Counted from the stretch's first letter, positions 49,788-60,552 are shown. The stretch is 64,000 nt of DNA from Candidatus Lloydbacteria bacterium RIFCSPHIGHO2_02_FULL_50_18 (GCA_001821395.1 MHLM01000015.1:1-64000); one strand, 5' to 3'. Notes: generated by a model not told the origin, from the letters alone. Numbers and translations: made by a program.

Positions 49788-49994
49788 CTAATCTTTGTGT
49801 TCTTTGTGCAAGTCAGCAACATGTCCTCCGTGACTTCCATGCATAAGGAGATGCATGAAGAAACACCCGAGCAGGAATGTGAATGAGAGATAGGGGGCAA
49901 GGTGTTCTCCGTGGTTAGCAACAAGGTAGATTCCTGAAATCATAAGGAGTGCGAGTAATACATACCGAAGGTGGAAGCTTGATTGATTGTTCAT
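49788..49994 (-). CDS. small His-rich membrane protein (possible metal-binding accessory protein)
   Basis: 68 aa, two TM helices, HxxxH-type C-terminal HLLMHGSHGGHVADLHKEHKD. Confidence 0.45.
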   Translation of the reverse strand: MNNQSSFHLRYVLLALLMISGIYLVANHGEHLAPYLSFTFLLGCFFMHLLMHGSHGGHVADLHKEHKD

Positions 49995-50040
49995 TATTTT
50001 GTTGGTTCAACAATTTCACACTCTTAAGCATCACCTAATG

Positions 50041-50364
50041 CTACATATCCATCTTCGTGACATTCCCCTCCGTCATACTCTTGCCGTTCGTCTGACTCTT
50101 TGTGCCATATACAGAAAGGTCCTTGGCGGCCATTGAGAGATCGTTATCGTTGTATTTTGCTCCACGATCCTCAAGAAGCACGCTGGCATTCACCATGACA
50201 TCGCCCATTTTTTTCATTTGTTCTCCATCAGCAGTGATCATCTTGGTAAGCTCTGCAACTTTTGTTGAATCAGTCGATGCCACATTGCTACCTCCCGACA
50301 GATATCCTACTCCGCCGCCAATAACGAGCGCAACGACGGTGGCAATAATTGTTGTTTTGTTCAT
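50041..50364 (-). CDS. hypothetical secreted/membrane-anchored protein
   Basis: 107 aa with N-terminal TM/signal segment, between the ATPase and the RND pump. Confidence 0.45.
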   Translation of the reverse strand: MNKTTIIATVVALVIGGGVGYLSGGSNVASTDSTKVAELTKMITADGEQMKKMGDVMVNASVLLEDRGAKYNDNDLSMAAKDLSVYGTKSQTNGKSMTEGNVTKMDM

Positions 50365-50453
50365 ATGAGTTTGATTTTATTGATCGAATTAATTAATACG
50401 GATTGCGTATCGTCTTGGGCTGTCACGCCCGTGAATATTTTCCATATGTTTGG

Positions 50454-53400
50454 TTAGAACCCGGATGAGGATTCGTGATCAATTTGTAATACCGCCTTTT
50501 TACCGAAACGATAAAGCAAGGCTGGGGTAAGAAAGAGGGAGATGACCGTCGATGACAGCAGTCCCCCGAATACCACAACCGCAAGCGGATGGAGCATCTC
50601 TTTGCCCGGCTCATCGCCATAAAGGAGAAGTGGCACTAACGCGAGCGAAGTTACCAGCGAAGTCATCAATACTGGCGTCACACGATCAAGCGTCGCACGA
50701 ATGATCGTTGCGGGCGTAAAAGGCTCTCCTTCGTTTCGCACAAGCGACAGCGTGCGACCGATGAGCATGATGCCATTACGCGAGACTATTCCTGCGAGCG
50801 AAATAAAGCCGACCAAATGCGCGAGATTAATCGTCCCCCCCGTGAACCAAATGCCCAACATTCCTCCGATCATCACCGTCGGGATATTTGCGAGCACCAA
50901 GAGTACAATCGCTGTTGAATGAAACGCGCGATAGAGGACTGCGACGATCATCACAAACCCAGCGAGAAAGACGAACGCAAGTCGTCGCGTGCTTTCTTTT
51001 TGGCTTTGATAGTTTCCCTCGAAGGAAAGCGTCACGCCGACGGGGAGTTCGCCGCTCTCAAGTGCAAATTTCACTGCCTCAACTTCACCGACGAGATCAC
51101 TTCCTTGATAATTTGCGGTCACCGCAAGTACGCGCTTTCCGTTTTCATGGTCGACGCTATTGCGACCTCCTTCAATGCGTACGTCGGCAACGCTTCCCAG
51201 TGATGCCGCCTCCATAAACGGCAGCGCAATATCCCGCAACGATGCCATTGCCCCTTTTGATTCAGCATCGTACCGCGCAACAACATTTACCGAAGCGGCA
51301 CCGAGTCGCACTTGCCCGAGTGTGTCACCCATGAGGCCCATCTCGAGGTCACTTGCCACACCCCCCGCAGAAAGCCCGTATTCCGCGATGCGATTATGGT
51401 CAACATATACTCGAAATTCGGGTACAACAGTATTTTGCTGGATGCGCGGGTTTGTGATCCCCTTTTGCTTTTTCATCTCAGCAAGTACCTGCTTTGCCGC
51501 CTGATCCATGCTCTCGGAAGTATCCCCAAATACTTTTACTACAATAGGCGCACGCACTCCCGAAAGGAGCATCTCGACACGATGTGTGATCGGTTGACCG
51601 AGACTGTAATCTGCTCCACCGAAGCGATCAAGTGTTTTCTGAATATCGCTGAACAGGCGCGGGCGTTCACTCTCGAAGTATCCTGGCTTAAATACAATCT
51701 GAATCTCGCTTGCATTCGCACTTCCGCCATGAGGATCTGCGGGCGCACGTCCTGCAATATTTGACACCTGTCGAATTCCCGGAATTTGTAGTAATGCGGT
51801 TTCGAGTTTCGTCACATAAGCGTTCGTCGCAGAAAGTGCAGTTCCAGGAGGAAGAAAAAGCATTATCACTGCTGAACCCTCATTAAACGGCGGGATGCCC
51901 TCCTTTCCTGCGAAAGAGTAAAACCCCGTAGCGAGAACAAGAGCGATCACGACTCCACCAGAGAGGAATTTTACATTAGTGATACACCAACTGATCCAAG
52001 GGGTTATTCTTTCCTTGATCGCAATAACAACCCGCGTTTCTTTTTCATGCCCTTCGAGTGATTTGTCACTCAAAAGAAGTGCAGACAGAACTGGCGTTAC
52101 AGTGAGTGAGACCGCCATCGAAGCGACCAGGGAGACTAGGTATGCAGCTCCTAATGAGGCAAGGAGCCGCCCTTCGATATCCGGCATAAAGAATATCGGA
52201 AGAAAAACCACGGTCACAAGGAGTGTGGCATAGACGATGGAATTTCGTACCTCGCTTGAGGCGCTCTGCACAACTTCTTCTCGATATTCTTTCTTTCCTG
52301 TTTGTTTCCAGATACGCAGCCGTCGAAAGATATTTTCGACATCAACGATAGCGTCATCGACGAGTTCCCCGACGGCAACGGCGATACCGCCAAGCGTCAT
52401 GACATTCACTGAAAGTCCAAATTGCTTGAAGACGATCACCGTCACGAGGATCGACAGCGGGATCGCCGTGAGCGTGATCATTGTCGTACGCACATTCATC
52501 AGGAAAATAATGAGAACAATGATGACAAGGATCGTTCCATCACGAAGTGCTCCCGTGACATTTCCGAGTCCTGCACGAATGAAATTCTCCTGACGAAAAA
52601 GATCGGGGTGAATTTCTACTCCCGGGGGCAGACTCGCAGCAAGCGAACGAAACGTTCCATCGATTGCATCGGTCACCGCAAGTGTTTGCGCATCTGGCTG
52701 ACGAATGACGCGTAAAATAACCCCCTGATCTCCATCAATTGCACTTGATCCACGAATTGGGCTTGGTGTCTCAAGCACTGTTGCAATATCTGCCAGACGA
52801 ACAACACTTCCCCCTGAGGTCCTCCCAATCGCAAGCTCACCAAGTGTTTTTACTTCGGTTGGCGCAACAAGAATTCTAATTGGATACTCTTTGCCACCTT
52901 CAACGAGAATATTGCCGCTTTTGTTTGTTATTGCTCCTTCGACTTTCGTGCGCACGTCTTCGATCATGAATCCATAGCGTCGCATACGCTCCGCATTGAG
53001 ATCGATCCGCCACTCTCTGACATCGCCCCCCATGACGAGCACGTTCGCAACGCCGGGAGTCTTCAGTATCGCGGGACGTATTGTCCAGTCTGCAAGCGTG
53101 CGGAGTTGCATGGGAGTGATACTCGGATCTTTTGCGGTGATGCCGACCCACATAATCTCACCCAACAGCGAGGTCGAGGGGCCGAGTATCGGTTTCACAC
53201 CGCGCGGGAGTACCGCTTGCGAAAGACGCTCCTGGACGATCTGTCTATTGCGCAGTGAGTCTGAGCCCCAAGCGAATTCAATGTTCAGTGTCGCTTGCGC
53301 GAACGATGCATTCGAACGGATGCGATCGACCCCAGGTGCCCCAAGCATTGTAGCCTCAAGTGGATTTAAGACGAGAAGCTCGACCTCTTCCGCAGCGAGT

Positions 53401-53564
53401 CCTGGACTCTCTGCAAACACGGTAACAGTCGGCTTGTTAATGTCAGGAAGGATATCCACCTTCATTGTCGACAAGCTCCAAAGACCGAGGACCGAGACGG
53501 CTCCGGCTAGGATAAGCACGAGGTATTTATTTTTGAGCGACCAAGAAATGATTTTATTTAACAT
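50454..53564 (-). CDS. heavy-metal-efflux RND transporter (CzcA/CusA family)
   Basis: 1036 aa, 12-TM RND architecture with two large periplasmic loops. N-terminus typical of the HME subfamily. Confidence 0.85.
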   Translation of the reverse strand: MLNKIISWSLKNKYLVLILAGAVSVLGLWSLSTMKVDILPDINKPTVTVFAESPGLAAEEVELLVLNPLEATMLGAPGVDRIRSNASFAQATLNIEFAWGSDSLRNRQIVQERLSQAVLPRGVKPILGPSTSLLGEIMWVGITAKDPSITPMQLRTLADWTIRPAILKTPGVANVLVMGGDVREWRIDLNAERMRRYGFMIEDVRTKVEGAITNKSGNILVEGGKEYPIRILVAPTEVKTLGELAIGRTSGGSVVRLADIATVLETPSPIRGSSAIDGDQGVILRVIRQPDAQTLAVTDAIDGTFRSLAASLPPGVEIHPDLFRQENFIRAGLGNVTGALRDGTILVIIVLIIFLMNVRTTMITLTAIPLSILVTVIVFKQFGLSVNVMTLGGIAVAVGELVDDAIVDVENIFRRLRIWKQTGKKEYREEVVQSASSEVRNSIVYATLLVTVVFLPIFFMPDIEGRLLASLGAAYLVSLVASMAVSLTVTPVLSALLLSDKSLEGHEKETRVVIAIKERITPWISWCITNVKFLSGGVVIALVLATGFYSFAGKEGIPPFNEGSAVIMLFLPPGTALSATNAYVTKLETALLQIPGIRQVSNIAGRAPADPHGGSANASEIQIVFKPGYFESERPRLFSDIQKTLDRFGGADYSLGQPITHRVEMLLSGVRAPIVVKVFGDTSESMDQAAKQVLAEMKKQKGITNPRIQQNTVVPEFRVYVDHNRIAEYGLSAGGVASDLEMGLMGDTLGQVRLGAASVNVVARYDAESKGAMASLRDIALPFMEAASLGSVADVRIEGGRNSVDHENGKRVLAVTANYQGSDLVGEVEAVKFALESGELPVGVTLSFEGNYQSQKESTRRLAFVFLAGFVMIVAVLYRAFHSTAIVLLVLANIPTVMIGGMLGIWFTGGTINLAHLVGFISLAGIVSRNGIMLIGRTLSLVRNEGEPFTPATIIRATLDRVTPVLMTSLVTSLALVPLLLYGDEPGKEMLHPLAVVVFGGLLSSTVISLFLTPALLYRFGKKAVLQIDHESSSGF

Positions 53565-53662
53565 ATTATTTTGTTATTCATTACTACTCCTAGCGAAGAA
53601 CGTATAGAAAATTCTGATTTTATACAACGTCCGAGCGACGGAGTGGATAGGAATTCTTATTC

Positions 53663-55432
53663 CTACATTCCCATAGCCCGCATCGCCGCATCATACGATG
53701 ACTCACCCTTTTGTCCGCTATCAGGTGCTTTGATATCATCGAGTAGCATGTCTTCGGCAATCCCCGGGACAGACTTTACGATATATTGTTCGCCACGTGA
53801 GAGTCCGCCATAGACCTCAATCTTGTCACCGAGCGTACGTCCGAGAGAAACTTTCTTCGCATAGAGACGTCCCCCTAAAGAGACCGCCCAGACATTCGGG
53901 CTAGCGCCTGCATCCCACCAAATCGACGAAAGAGGGATCTCAAGTGTTTCAGTATCAACTCCAGTGACGACGCGAAGCGATACTCCGATAGGCCAATCGA
54001 CAGGTTCGAGCAGGAGCGCATCGGCCATGATAGAGCCAGTATCATCGAGAGAATTCCCGACACCGATCAATTTTGCGCGTGGCATCATCTGCGGAAAACC
54101 GGAACGTGTGACATAAAACTCTTGTCCGATTTCCGGCTTACGTATATTGCTGGGGATGCGGAAGCGAACAATGTAGTCACTACTCTGCCCCCCCGTTACC
54201 ACGGCGACAGGCATGCCGGGCCCGACAAATTCTCCTACCTTTCTCATAATCGACGAGACGGTACCGCCCTTTGGTGCGACGATCGCAGCATTACCGAGCA
54301 CGCCATTCTTTACCGTCTGATACGCGGCCTCTTTCGCGGCGAGATCGCCTTCAGCCATTGCGAGATCTTGTCGAAGCATTGCGATATCATTATCGTTCAT
54401 ACGCACTTGCTCAAATGATGTTTTTTCAGTATCGACCGCCATTAACTCAGTCTCACGAAGCTTATCAGCCGCCATGATGAACGACTCCTGATCTCTATGG
54501 AGCATCGCCTTCAGGTTCATAAGCTCAAGATCCGTGAGCATGCTGCCATCAGGTATTGATGCATCGGCGAGCTTGATCGTGAGTTCAAAATACGCGAGCC
54601 CTGATACAAGCGGGAGTTTATCCGGTGTATCAATGTCGGACAGCGTGGCAAACAAGACTGATGGGAAAGCGTCACGCAAGCGGACGTTTTGCGCACCTAT
54701 CGCGTCCTTGAGCGCGACAGCAGTCCATCGTGCGGGAAGCGTTCCGTTACCGGAGAGCATCGGATAAGTCGTAGCGAGCGTCCCACGCAACATTGCGCGA
54801 AGCGTCTGTTTTTTTGCCTCGATCATCGAAAAATTCGACCCTCCCGACACTTGCAGCATCGACATGCTTCCACCAAGTAGTGCCCGTGAAGCATCGAGCG
54901 AACGCAAGGTGTTCTCACGAAGTTCATCAATTTGCGCAATACGCACCTTTGCATAGACGCGCTTTGCGTCAACGCTGGCTCGCGCCATCGAAACCATTTT
55001 TTGTTCATCCGCGAGCATCGCAATGGTATCAGGCATTGCGGGCGGGACAGAAAGCATGCCAAGCACCTCACCGGCAGCAACTCGCTGACCGACGTGCACA
55101 TTCCAAGAAGAGATCGTCCCTTCTCGTGCGGGCTGAATGGGTATACTTCCCAGCGAGATAAGCTCACCCGGCCATGAATTTTCAACTCCTGATATGTCTG
55201 CGGAACTTGTTGCTCCGGCTACAGCAATTTCGATATCAGAGATCGGACTATTTCCGACTTCTTCGGTGGCAGGATCCGATGAGTTTTTGACGGATGCGCT
55301 GACCACAGCAAATCCGATCACCATAACGATAACTCCGAAGAGTATACCAAACAATATTTTTTTATCCGCAGTCACCCACTTTATAGATCGTTGTATGTTC
55401 TCTTGCATAAAGGATAGTAAATTGATTAACAA
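53663..55432 (-). CDS. RND efflux periplasmic adaptor (membrane fusion protein, CusB/CzcB-like), unusually long
   Basis: N-terminal TM anchor, coiled-coil hairpin and beta-barrel/MP domains; co-operonic with the HME-RND. Confidence 0.7.
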   Translation of the reverse strand: MLINLLSFMQENIQRSIKWVTADKKILFGILFGVIVMVIGFAVVSASVKNSSDPATEEVGNSPISDIEIAVAGATSSADISGVENSWPGELISLGSIPIQPAREGTISSWNVHVGQRVAAGEVLGMLSVPPAMPDTIAMLADEQKMVSMARASVDAKRVYAKVRIAQIDELRENTLRSLDASRALLGGSMSMLQVSGGSNFSMIEAKKQTLRAMLRGTLATTYPMLSGNGTLPARWTAVALKDAIGAQNVRLRDAFPSVLFATLSDIDTPDKLPLVSGLAYFELTIKLADASIPDGSMLTDLELMNLKAMLHRDQESFIMAADKLRETELMAVDTEKTSFEQVRMNDNDIAMLRQDLAMAEGDLAAKEAAYQTVKNGVLGNAAIVAPKGGTVSSIMRKVGEFVGPGMPVAVVTGGQSSDYIVRFRIPSNIRKPEIGQEFYVTRSGFPQMMPRAKLIGVGNSLDDTGSIMADALLLEPVDWPIGVSLRVVTGVDTETLEIPLSSIWWDAGASPNVWAVSLGGRLYAKKVSLGRTLGDKIEVYGGLSRGEQYIVKSVPGIAEDMLLDDIKAPDSGQKGESSYDAAMRAMGM

Positions 55433-55502
55433 AAAAGACCCTTATTGAGGATCTTTCTGCGACGCAAGAAACACTTTTGACAAGCGTTAATAGTGCGTCG
55501 CT

Positions 55503-55985
55503 TTAAGCGAAATTTGGGCTGGTTTCAAAAAGTGAAAGCCAGTTAAGAATACTTTGTCTTATTCTGTTTCGCGGTTCGTCCGCTCTTCGCGCACGAAGAT
55601 GCACAAAAACACGAGCAAGAAACGCGCGCAAATAAGCATCGATCAAACCGGTGGCGACAAGGAGGAATAATGCAATAATGACCGTCATCAATGACAGCGT
55701 CAGAAGTGGAGTTTGGGACAGGGAAAGATACATTCCGACATGATTCATCATTGATCCAATTGCTCCCGTATCCATTGATTGTACGCATCCCGAGATCGAC
55801 ATACCACAATCCGAAACCTGATGCACTGGGCCGACGTCCATATCCATTTCCATCGTACTCACTTGCGCAGAAAGCATGCCGCCAAAAAAACAGAACGGCA
55901 CCAATGTGACGTACCCGAGCAAGATCGTTATCGCGACAATGCGTTTCATTGATAGCAACATACCATAAAGATCGTCCGATAGCAA
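55503..55985 (-). CDS. Met-rich membrane protein (possible Cu(I)/Ag(I)-binding periplasmic segment)
   Basis: Hydrophobic helices flank a Met/His-rich segment STMEMDMDVGPVHQ...GSMMNHVGM. The overlapping ORF 55543-56229 in another frame looks non-coding. Confidence 0.4.
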   Translation of the reverse strand: MLSDDLYGMLLSMKRIVAITILLGYVTLVPFCFFGGMLSAQVSTMEMDMDVGPVHQVSDCGMSISGCVQSMDTGAIGSMMNHVGMYLSLSQTPLLTLSLMTVIIALFLLVATGLIDAYLRAFLARVFVHLRARRADEPRNRIRQSILNWLSLFETSPNFA

Positions 55986-56084
55986 TGCTCCATGAAACAG
56001 AATATTTCAGAAAATCGGCATAAAAAACAGCAAGAAGATCTTGCTGTTTAAACTGGGACGACGATAGGTACTTCTCGCCGAGTG

Positions 56085-56810
56085 TCATGCCGCATTTGCG
56101 GCACTTTGTGCAAGAGATATTCCCTGATTGAAATATTGCTCCAGGCGGCGATTGAGCCCAGCGGGGCCGCCTTCGAGCGAAACGTGGTCGACGCGCTGAA
56201 AGGTCACTGTTATGGGAAGCCGCTTCCACAATGAAGGCGGCCGTTGTTTCGACCTCCCGAACCGTGAGCGCTCTAGCCCGCGAATGGTGACGAGGACCAC
56301 GGGCTTTGCGGGCTGCGCCAATATAAGATCATGCAGACCAGAGAAATGCGGAGTGATCTTCACTCCTGCTCCATCACCGATCCCGCCTTCCGGACTTATC
56401 GCAACATGCGCTCCTCCAGCGAGAACGTCAACCAGAAGATGCAGTGCTTTTTCCTTGCGTTCCATCCGCTTCTCCTTCGACAGATGCTTCGGGCTGCCGA
56501 CGGAGATCGCGTCAAAAAGCTTGAAGAACGGGTACTGCAGCGGATGCGCATATTCTTCATACCACACAGCACCGCACACCTGAATGGGCCACACGGCACT
56601 CACGAGGAGCGGCGCGTCCATCAACGAGACGTGATTGATAACAACGATGGCCGAGTCGACACTCCCAAGCGTCTCCGAGAGCCCGCAAATCGTCAGTCGA
56701 TAGTTGCAAAGGATGAACGGATGGACGAGGAAATTGCGAAGAAATGCCTTGATCAATTTTTTCACAACGAACCTCCTGTTTAGTAAAAGATCCCTGCCCC
56801 CATTATGCAT
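56085..56810 (-). CDS. 1-acyl-sn-glycerol-3-phosphate acyltransferase-like (PlsC/LPLAT family)
   Basis: Motif I NHVSLMD (HX4D). Motif III ISPEGG. Confidence 0.7.
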   Translation of the reverse strand: MHNGGRDLLLNRRFVVKKLIKAFLRNFLVHPFILCNYRLTICGLSETLGSVDSAIVVINHVSLMDAPLLVSAVWPIQVCGAVWYEEYAHPLQYPFFKLFDAISVGSPKHLSKEKRMERKEKALHLLVDVLAGGAHVAISPEGGIGDGAGVKITPHFSGLHDLILAQPAKPVVLVTIRGLERSRFGRSKQRPPSLWKRLPITVTFQRVDHVSLEGGPAGLNRRLEQYFNQGISLAQSAANAA

Positions 56811-56864
56811 GTGGTCAGTGAAGAATCAAGATGCAAAAACGGTGACGAGCACCGTTTTCATTTT

Positions 56865-57188
56865 CTAAAAAGGTATATCGGCAGGATTGATGTCTTCGTC
56901 CGTCGGATACTCCACCACGGGCTGTGAGGTCGAAGCGCGCGCCGTTGCTTCAGGTTTCGCGGCGTTCTGATCGGGCTTCCATGTATCGATCTGCACGGTG
57001 TGCGTCTTGCCATACTGATCGGGCTGCCGCATCTGCGACATAATCAGTTTCACGTATCGCTTTCCGTTATATTCGAATGCGTGAGGCTGAAGTGCATCGA
57101 GCTCCACACTGAACGAGATGTTTCCATACTGACCGACCACCTTCCCTTTTCCGACATAGATCTTTTCATTCATAGAACGATTATACAA
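56865..57188 (-). CDS. small SSB-like OB-fold protein with the canonical SSB C-terminal acidic tip (...DEDINPADIPF)
   Basis: 107 aa. Beta-rich N-terminal region, a low-complexity linker, and a terminal DIPF as in the SSB-Ct motif. Confidence 0.5.
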   Translation of the reverse strand: MYNRSMNEKIYVGKGKVVGQYGNISFSVELDALQPHAFEYNGKRYVKLIMSQMRQPDQYGKTHTVQIDTWKPDQNAAKPEATARASTSQPVVEYPTDEDINPADIPF

Positions 57189-57312
57189 TGTTATCTCCGA
57201 CTAAATTTTTGCTACTGATATTCCCACCGATCGCGAGCGGGACATGCGCGCGAACCTATGATGCGAATCGTAGGGGTAGTGTATTTTACATCACGCACAT
57301 GGTCAACCGATG

Positions 57313-60300
57313 CTACGTAATGGCGTTTTCGTTACTTTTGTCATCTATGCCAAACCGATAGTAAAGGATCGGGAAAATGACCAACGTGAGGACTGTCGAA
57401 AGCGAGAGTCCAAAAATGATCGCCCATGCGAGACCGCTCCATACGGGGTCGGTCACTATGACCACAGAACTCAGGATGGCCGTTATCGACGTCAACATGA
57501 TCGGGCGAAGACGAGTCTTGCACGCTTCAACGATGGCATGCTTTGGACCCATACCGCGCGTGCGCAACTGCTCGATGAAGTCAAGCAAGAGTATCGCGTT
57601 ACCCACGACGATCCCACCCAGTGCAATAACGCCAATCATTGAGGTTGCGGAGAAATATGTTCCCGAAAGCGCGTCAAGGATCGCGAAGCCGGGCATGACT
57701 CCCGCAAAGCCGAGAATGATCGTGGTCATGATAAGTGCCGAAGAACGAAAACTGCGAAACTGTGCCACGAGAATGACATAGATCAGAAAATACGATATCA
57801 GCATCGCCGTTCCAAGATCTCTAAAATTATCGAGGGTCATTTCGAACTCTCCGCCCCATTCGATCTTGTATATCTCATGAGTGATCTCGTCTTCAAAAGT
57901 GAGACCATAGAGGCTCCAACTCGTAAGGTGTCCGTGACCGCCAGGCAAGCGATAAGACCGAAGCGATGTGATCAGGTCTTTGACGACATAGACCACGGAC
58001 CTCCCTTCCACCTCACCAGTCACGAGGTCCATTTGTTCCTGCGCATCGTGCAAGATCGGGGTCGGACTGACGCCTACCCTTGTTTTCATGACACTCGAAA
58101 GCGGAACCATGACTCCGACATTGTTTTTCATTTCGATACGTGAAAGATCGGAAAGCTTTTCACGCGCGGACTTCTCGAACTGCACAACGATAGTTGTGTC
58201 TTCACGACTTTCGAGATGAGCGATCGCAATCGGACTACCAGTCGTCATGACCCGCAGCGTATTCACGACATCGGCAACAGAAAGACCCGATCGTGATAAT
58301 TTTTCATGGTCGATATCCAATAATTCGCTGCTGCCTCCGGACGCTAGCGAGGAATTGATGTCGACAACGCCACGCGTCCCACGGAACAATGACTGCATGT
58401 CACGGATGATCGCCCCGCGAACTTCCGGGTCTGCACCTTTCACTCGCGCAACCAGCGTTGAGAGCACTGGGGGGCCCGGTGGATCTTCAACGAGCTGCAA
58501 GCGTATTCCGGGTGTATCGGTGAATGCTGAAGTAAGCTTTACCCGCAATGACGTAACGATCTCTTCACTCATCATTGTGCGCGAAGTAACAGGAGTCAGA
58601 TCGATCTTCATTGTCGCCTGAAACGGAAAGCTGCGCGCATCTGAACCGCGAAATAAACCGTTGAAATCGATGATGGGAGCGGCGCCCACAAATGATTCAA
58701 CTGAAACAACGTTCGGGTCTGTGAGCATGATCTGCGAGACTCGAGACGCGGCCGCATCAGTCGCGCCAAATGCCGTATTCTCCGGCATATCGAGGTACAC
58801 ATAAAATTGTTCCTTGTCCGCTTTTGGCAACATACGAAAATGCACGAATTGAAAGACGGGGAAGCTGAACGCGATGACTACCACAAGCGTTACGCCGATC
58901 AATATCCGATCTTGAATCTTTTTGCTGTCCAAAATATGATGGATCAACGTCTTGTACCACAGCTCAAATTTGGAGTGTTTTTCCTCGTGCGCCCCTCGCT
59001 CGATACCGTCTCCTTCCACGTGCTCTTTAAGGAAAATAGATGCAATGAACGGAGAAAGCGTATATGCGACGATAAGCGACGCCAAGCGTGCAACAGGTGC
59101 AAAAAATGCGATCGGCCCCATGTATGCACCCATCATCCCCGTCACCATGCCCATCGGAACAAAGACGACAACCGCAGTTATCGTAGAAAGGAACACTCCC
59201 ATACCCACCTCACCGGTCGCATGAGCAATGGCGTCGGTCCGGAGTTCTGTCTTCAATGAAAAATGACGGTGAATATTTTCGATAACCACGATCGCATCAT
59301 CGACAAGCAAACCCAAAGAAAATATGAGCGCAAAAAGGGTGATGCGGTTGATCGTCTCACCGGAAAAATATCCGGCAATGAACACCAGTGCGAGTGTCAG
59401 CGGGATCGCGGTTGCTACTACAAGTGCGGGACGCCATCCGAGAAAGAACACGAGTGTCAGCGTCACAATAAGTATCGCAAGCAAGAGATGTTCCGTGAGT
59501 TTCATGATCTCCTCTCCCGCGATCGCCCCTTCGTCGCAAGAGACGCGCACGTCGATGTTGTCGGGAATGAAATGCTGTTTCATTTCATCGAGACGAGACC
59601 TTACGAGCGTGGCCACGTTGGTGATATTCGTCCCCTGTGCTTTTGCGAACGACAGATACACGACGTTGACGTCATTACTGATCGCATCAGGCGATTGTTT
59701 TTCAATAAGACTGATGTGATGGTCGATCACGTCATACCCGTCAATGATCGTTGCAACGTCTTCGAGATAGATCGGTGAGATGCTTCCCCCGCCGATCACG
59801 AGCTTCGAGAGCGTAGATCCGTCGATGATATTTCCGTCGATCTCGATGGGGATATTGAGTGCTGCTCCTTCGAGCGCTCCTACGTTTACGCGAAGATCAT
59901 TCATCGAAATAGCTTGCGTTATGTCGCCAACGCTCATATGACGCGCCGCAAGACGGTCAGGGTTGAGCAAGACGGTCAGTTGACGCGAGTGTCCGCCGTT
60001 GATCTCGATATTCGTGATCCCCGATACCGTCTTTAATTGATCTTTGAGTTCGTATGCAAACTGACGTAGACCGTCAGGGCTGACCTCCGTGCTGGTGATC
60101 GCGAGCGTCATAATGGGAACATTCTCCGGATCGATCTGCTCGATCAGCGGCACACCGACTCCGATCTGTCCGGGGTCGATCGCGGACTGCATCTTTTGGA
60201 CGATCTCCGTCTTGCTCGTCTCAAGTTTTGTCCCGATCTTAAAGACTACCGTAACTACACTTTTTCCTCCTGAGAACGACTGCGAACTCAGCGTATCAAC

Positions 60301-60552
60301 GCCAGGGATAGCGGCAATGCTATTCTCTATCTCGTTTGTAACAAGTCTTTCCACTTCACCTGAGGTGGCACCGGGATACATGGTCACGACACGAAATGCC
60401 GGAAGCGTGATCTCGGGATTATATTGCTTTGGAGTAGCGATAAATGCGAACAGACCAAAAGCGAAGGTTGCTAATATGAGGATCAGCGACAAATGGCGAT
60501 TCATCACGAAAAAGCGCGAAATGTGCGAATAGATATTCTCTTTAGTTTTCAT
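57313..60552 (-). CDS. RND efflux transporter (AcrB/HAE1-like)
   Basis: 1079 aa, 12 TM helices and two large periplasmic loops; overlaps the adaptor gene by 11 nt. Confidence 0.85.
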   Translation of the reverse strand: MKTKENIYSHISRFFVMNRHLSLILILATFAFGLFAFIATPKQYNPEITLPAFRVVTMYPGATSGEVERLVTNEIENSIAAIPGVDTLSSQSFSGGKSVVTVVFKIGTKLETSKTEIVQKMQSAIDPGQIGVGVPLIEQIDPENVPIMTLAITSTEVSPDGLRQFAYELKDQLKTVSGITNIEINGGHSRQLTVLLNPDRLAARHMSVGDITQAISMNDLRVNVGALEGAALNIPIEIDGNIIDGSTLSKLVIGGGSISPIYLEDVATIIDGYDVIDHHISLIEKQSPDAISNDVNVVYLSFAKAQGTNITNVATLVRSRLDEMKQHFIPDNIDVRVSCDEGAIAGEEIMKLTEHLLLAILIVTLTLVFFLGWRPALVVATAIPLTLALVFIAGYFSGETINRITLFALIFSLGLLVDDAIVVIENIHRHFSLKTELRTDAIAHATGEVGMGVFLSTITAVVVFVPMGMVTGMMGAYMGPIAFFAPVARLASLIVAYTLSPFIASIFLKEHVEGDGIERGAHEEKHSKFELWYKTLIHHILDSKKIQDRILIGVTLVVVIAFSFPVFQFVHFRMLPKADKEQFYVYLDMPENTAFGATDAAASRVSQIMLTDPNVVSVESFVGAAPIIDFNGLFRGSDARSFPFQATMKIDLTPVTSRTMMSEEIVTSLRVKLTSAFTDTPGIRLQLVEDPPGPPVLSTLVARVKGADPEVRGAIIRDMQSLFRGTRGVVDINSSLASGGSSELLDIDHEKLSRSGLSVADVVNTLRVMTTGSPIAIAHLESREDTTIVVQFEKSAREKLSDLSRIEMKNNVGVMVPLSSVMKTRVGVSPTPILHDAQEQMDLVTGEVEGRSVVYVVKDLITSLRSYRLPGGHGHLTSWSLYGLTFEDEITHEIYKIEWGGEFEMTLDNFRDLGTAMLISYFLIYVILVAQFRSFRSSALIMTTIILGFAGVMPGFAILDALSGTYFSATSMIGVIALGGIVVGNAILLLDFIEQLRTRGMGPKHAIVEACKTRLRPIMLTSITAILSSVVIVTDPVWSGLAWAIIFGLSLSTVLTLVIFPILYYRFGIDDKSNENAIT

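Noticed and set aside
55543-56229. 228-aa minus-strand ORF overlapping the Met-rich membrane protein gene
   Set aside because: Arg/Cys/Ser-rich with no hydrophobic periodicity; it is an alternative frame of 55503-55985 and the plsC-like gene region, so it is spurious.
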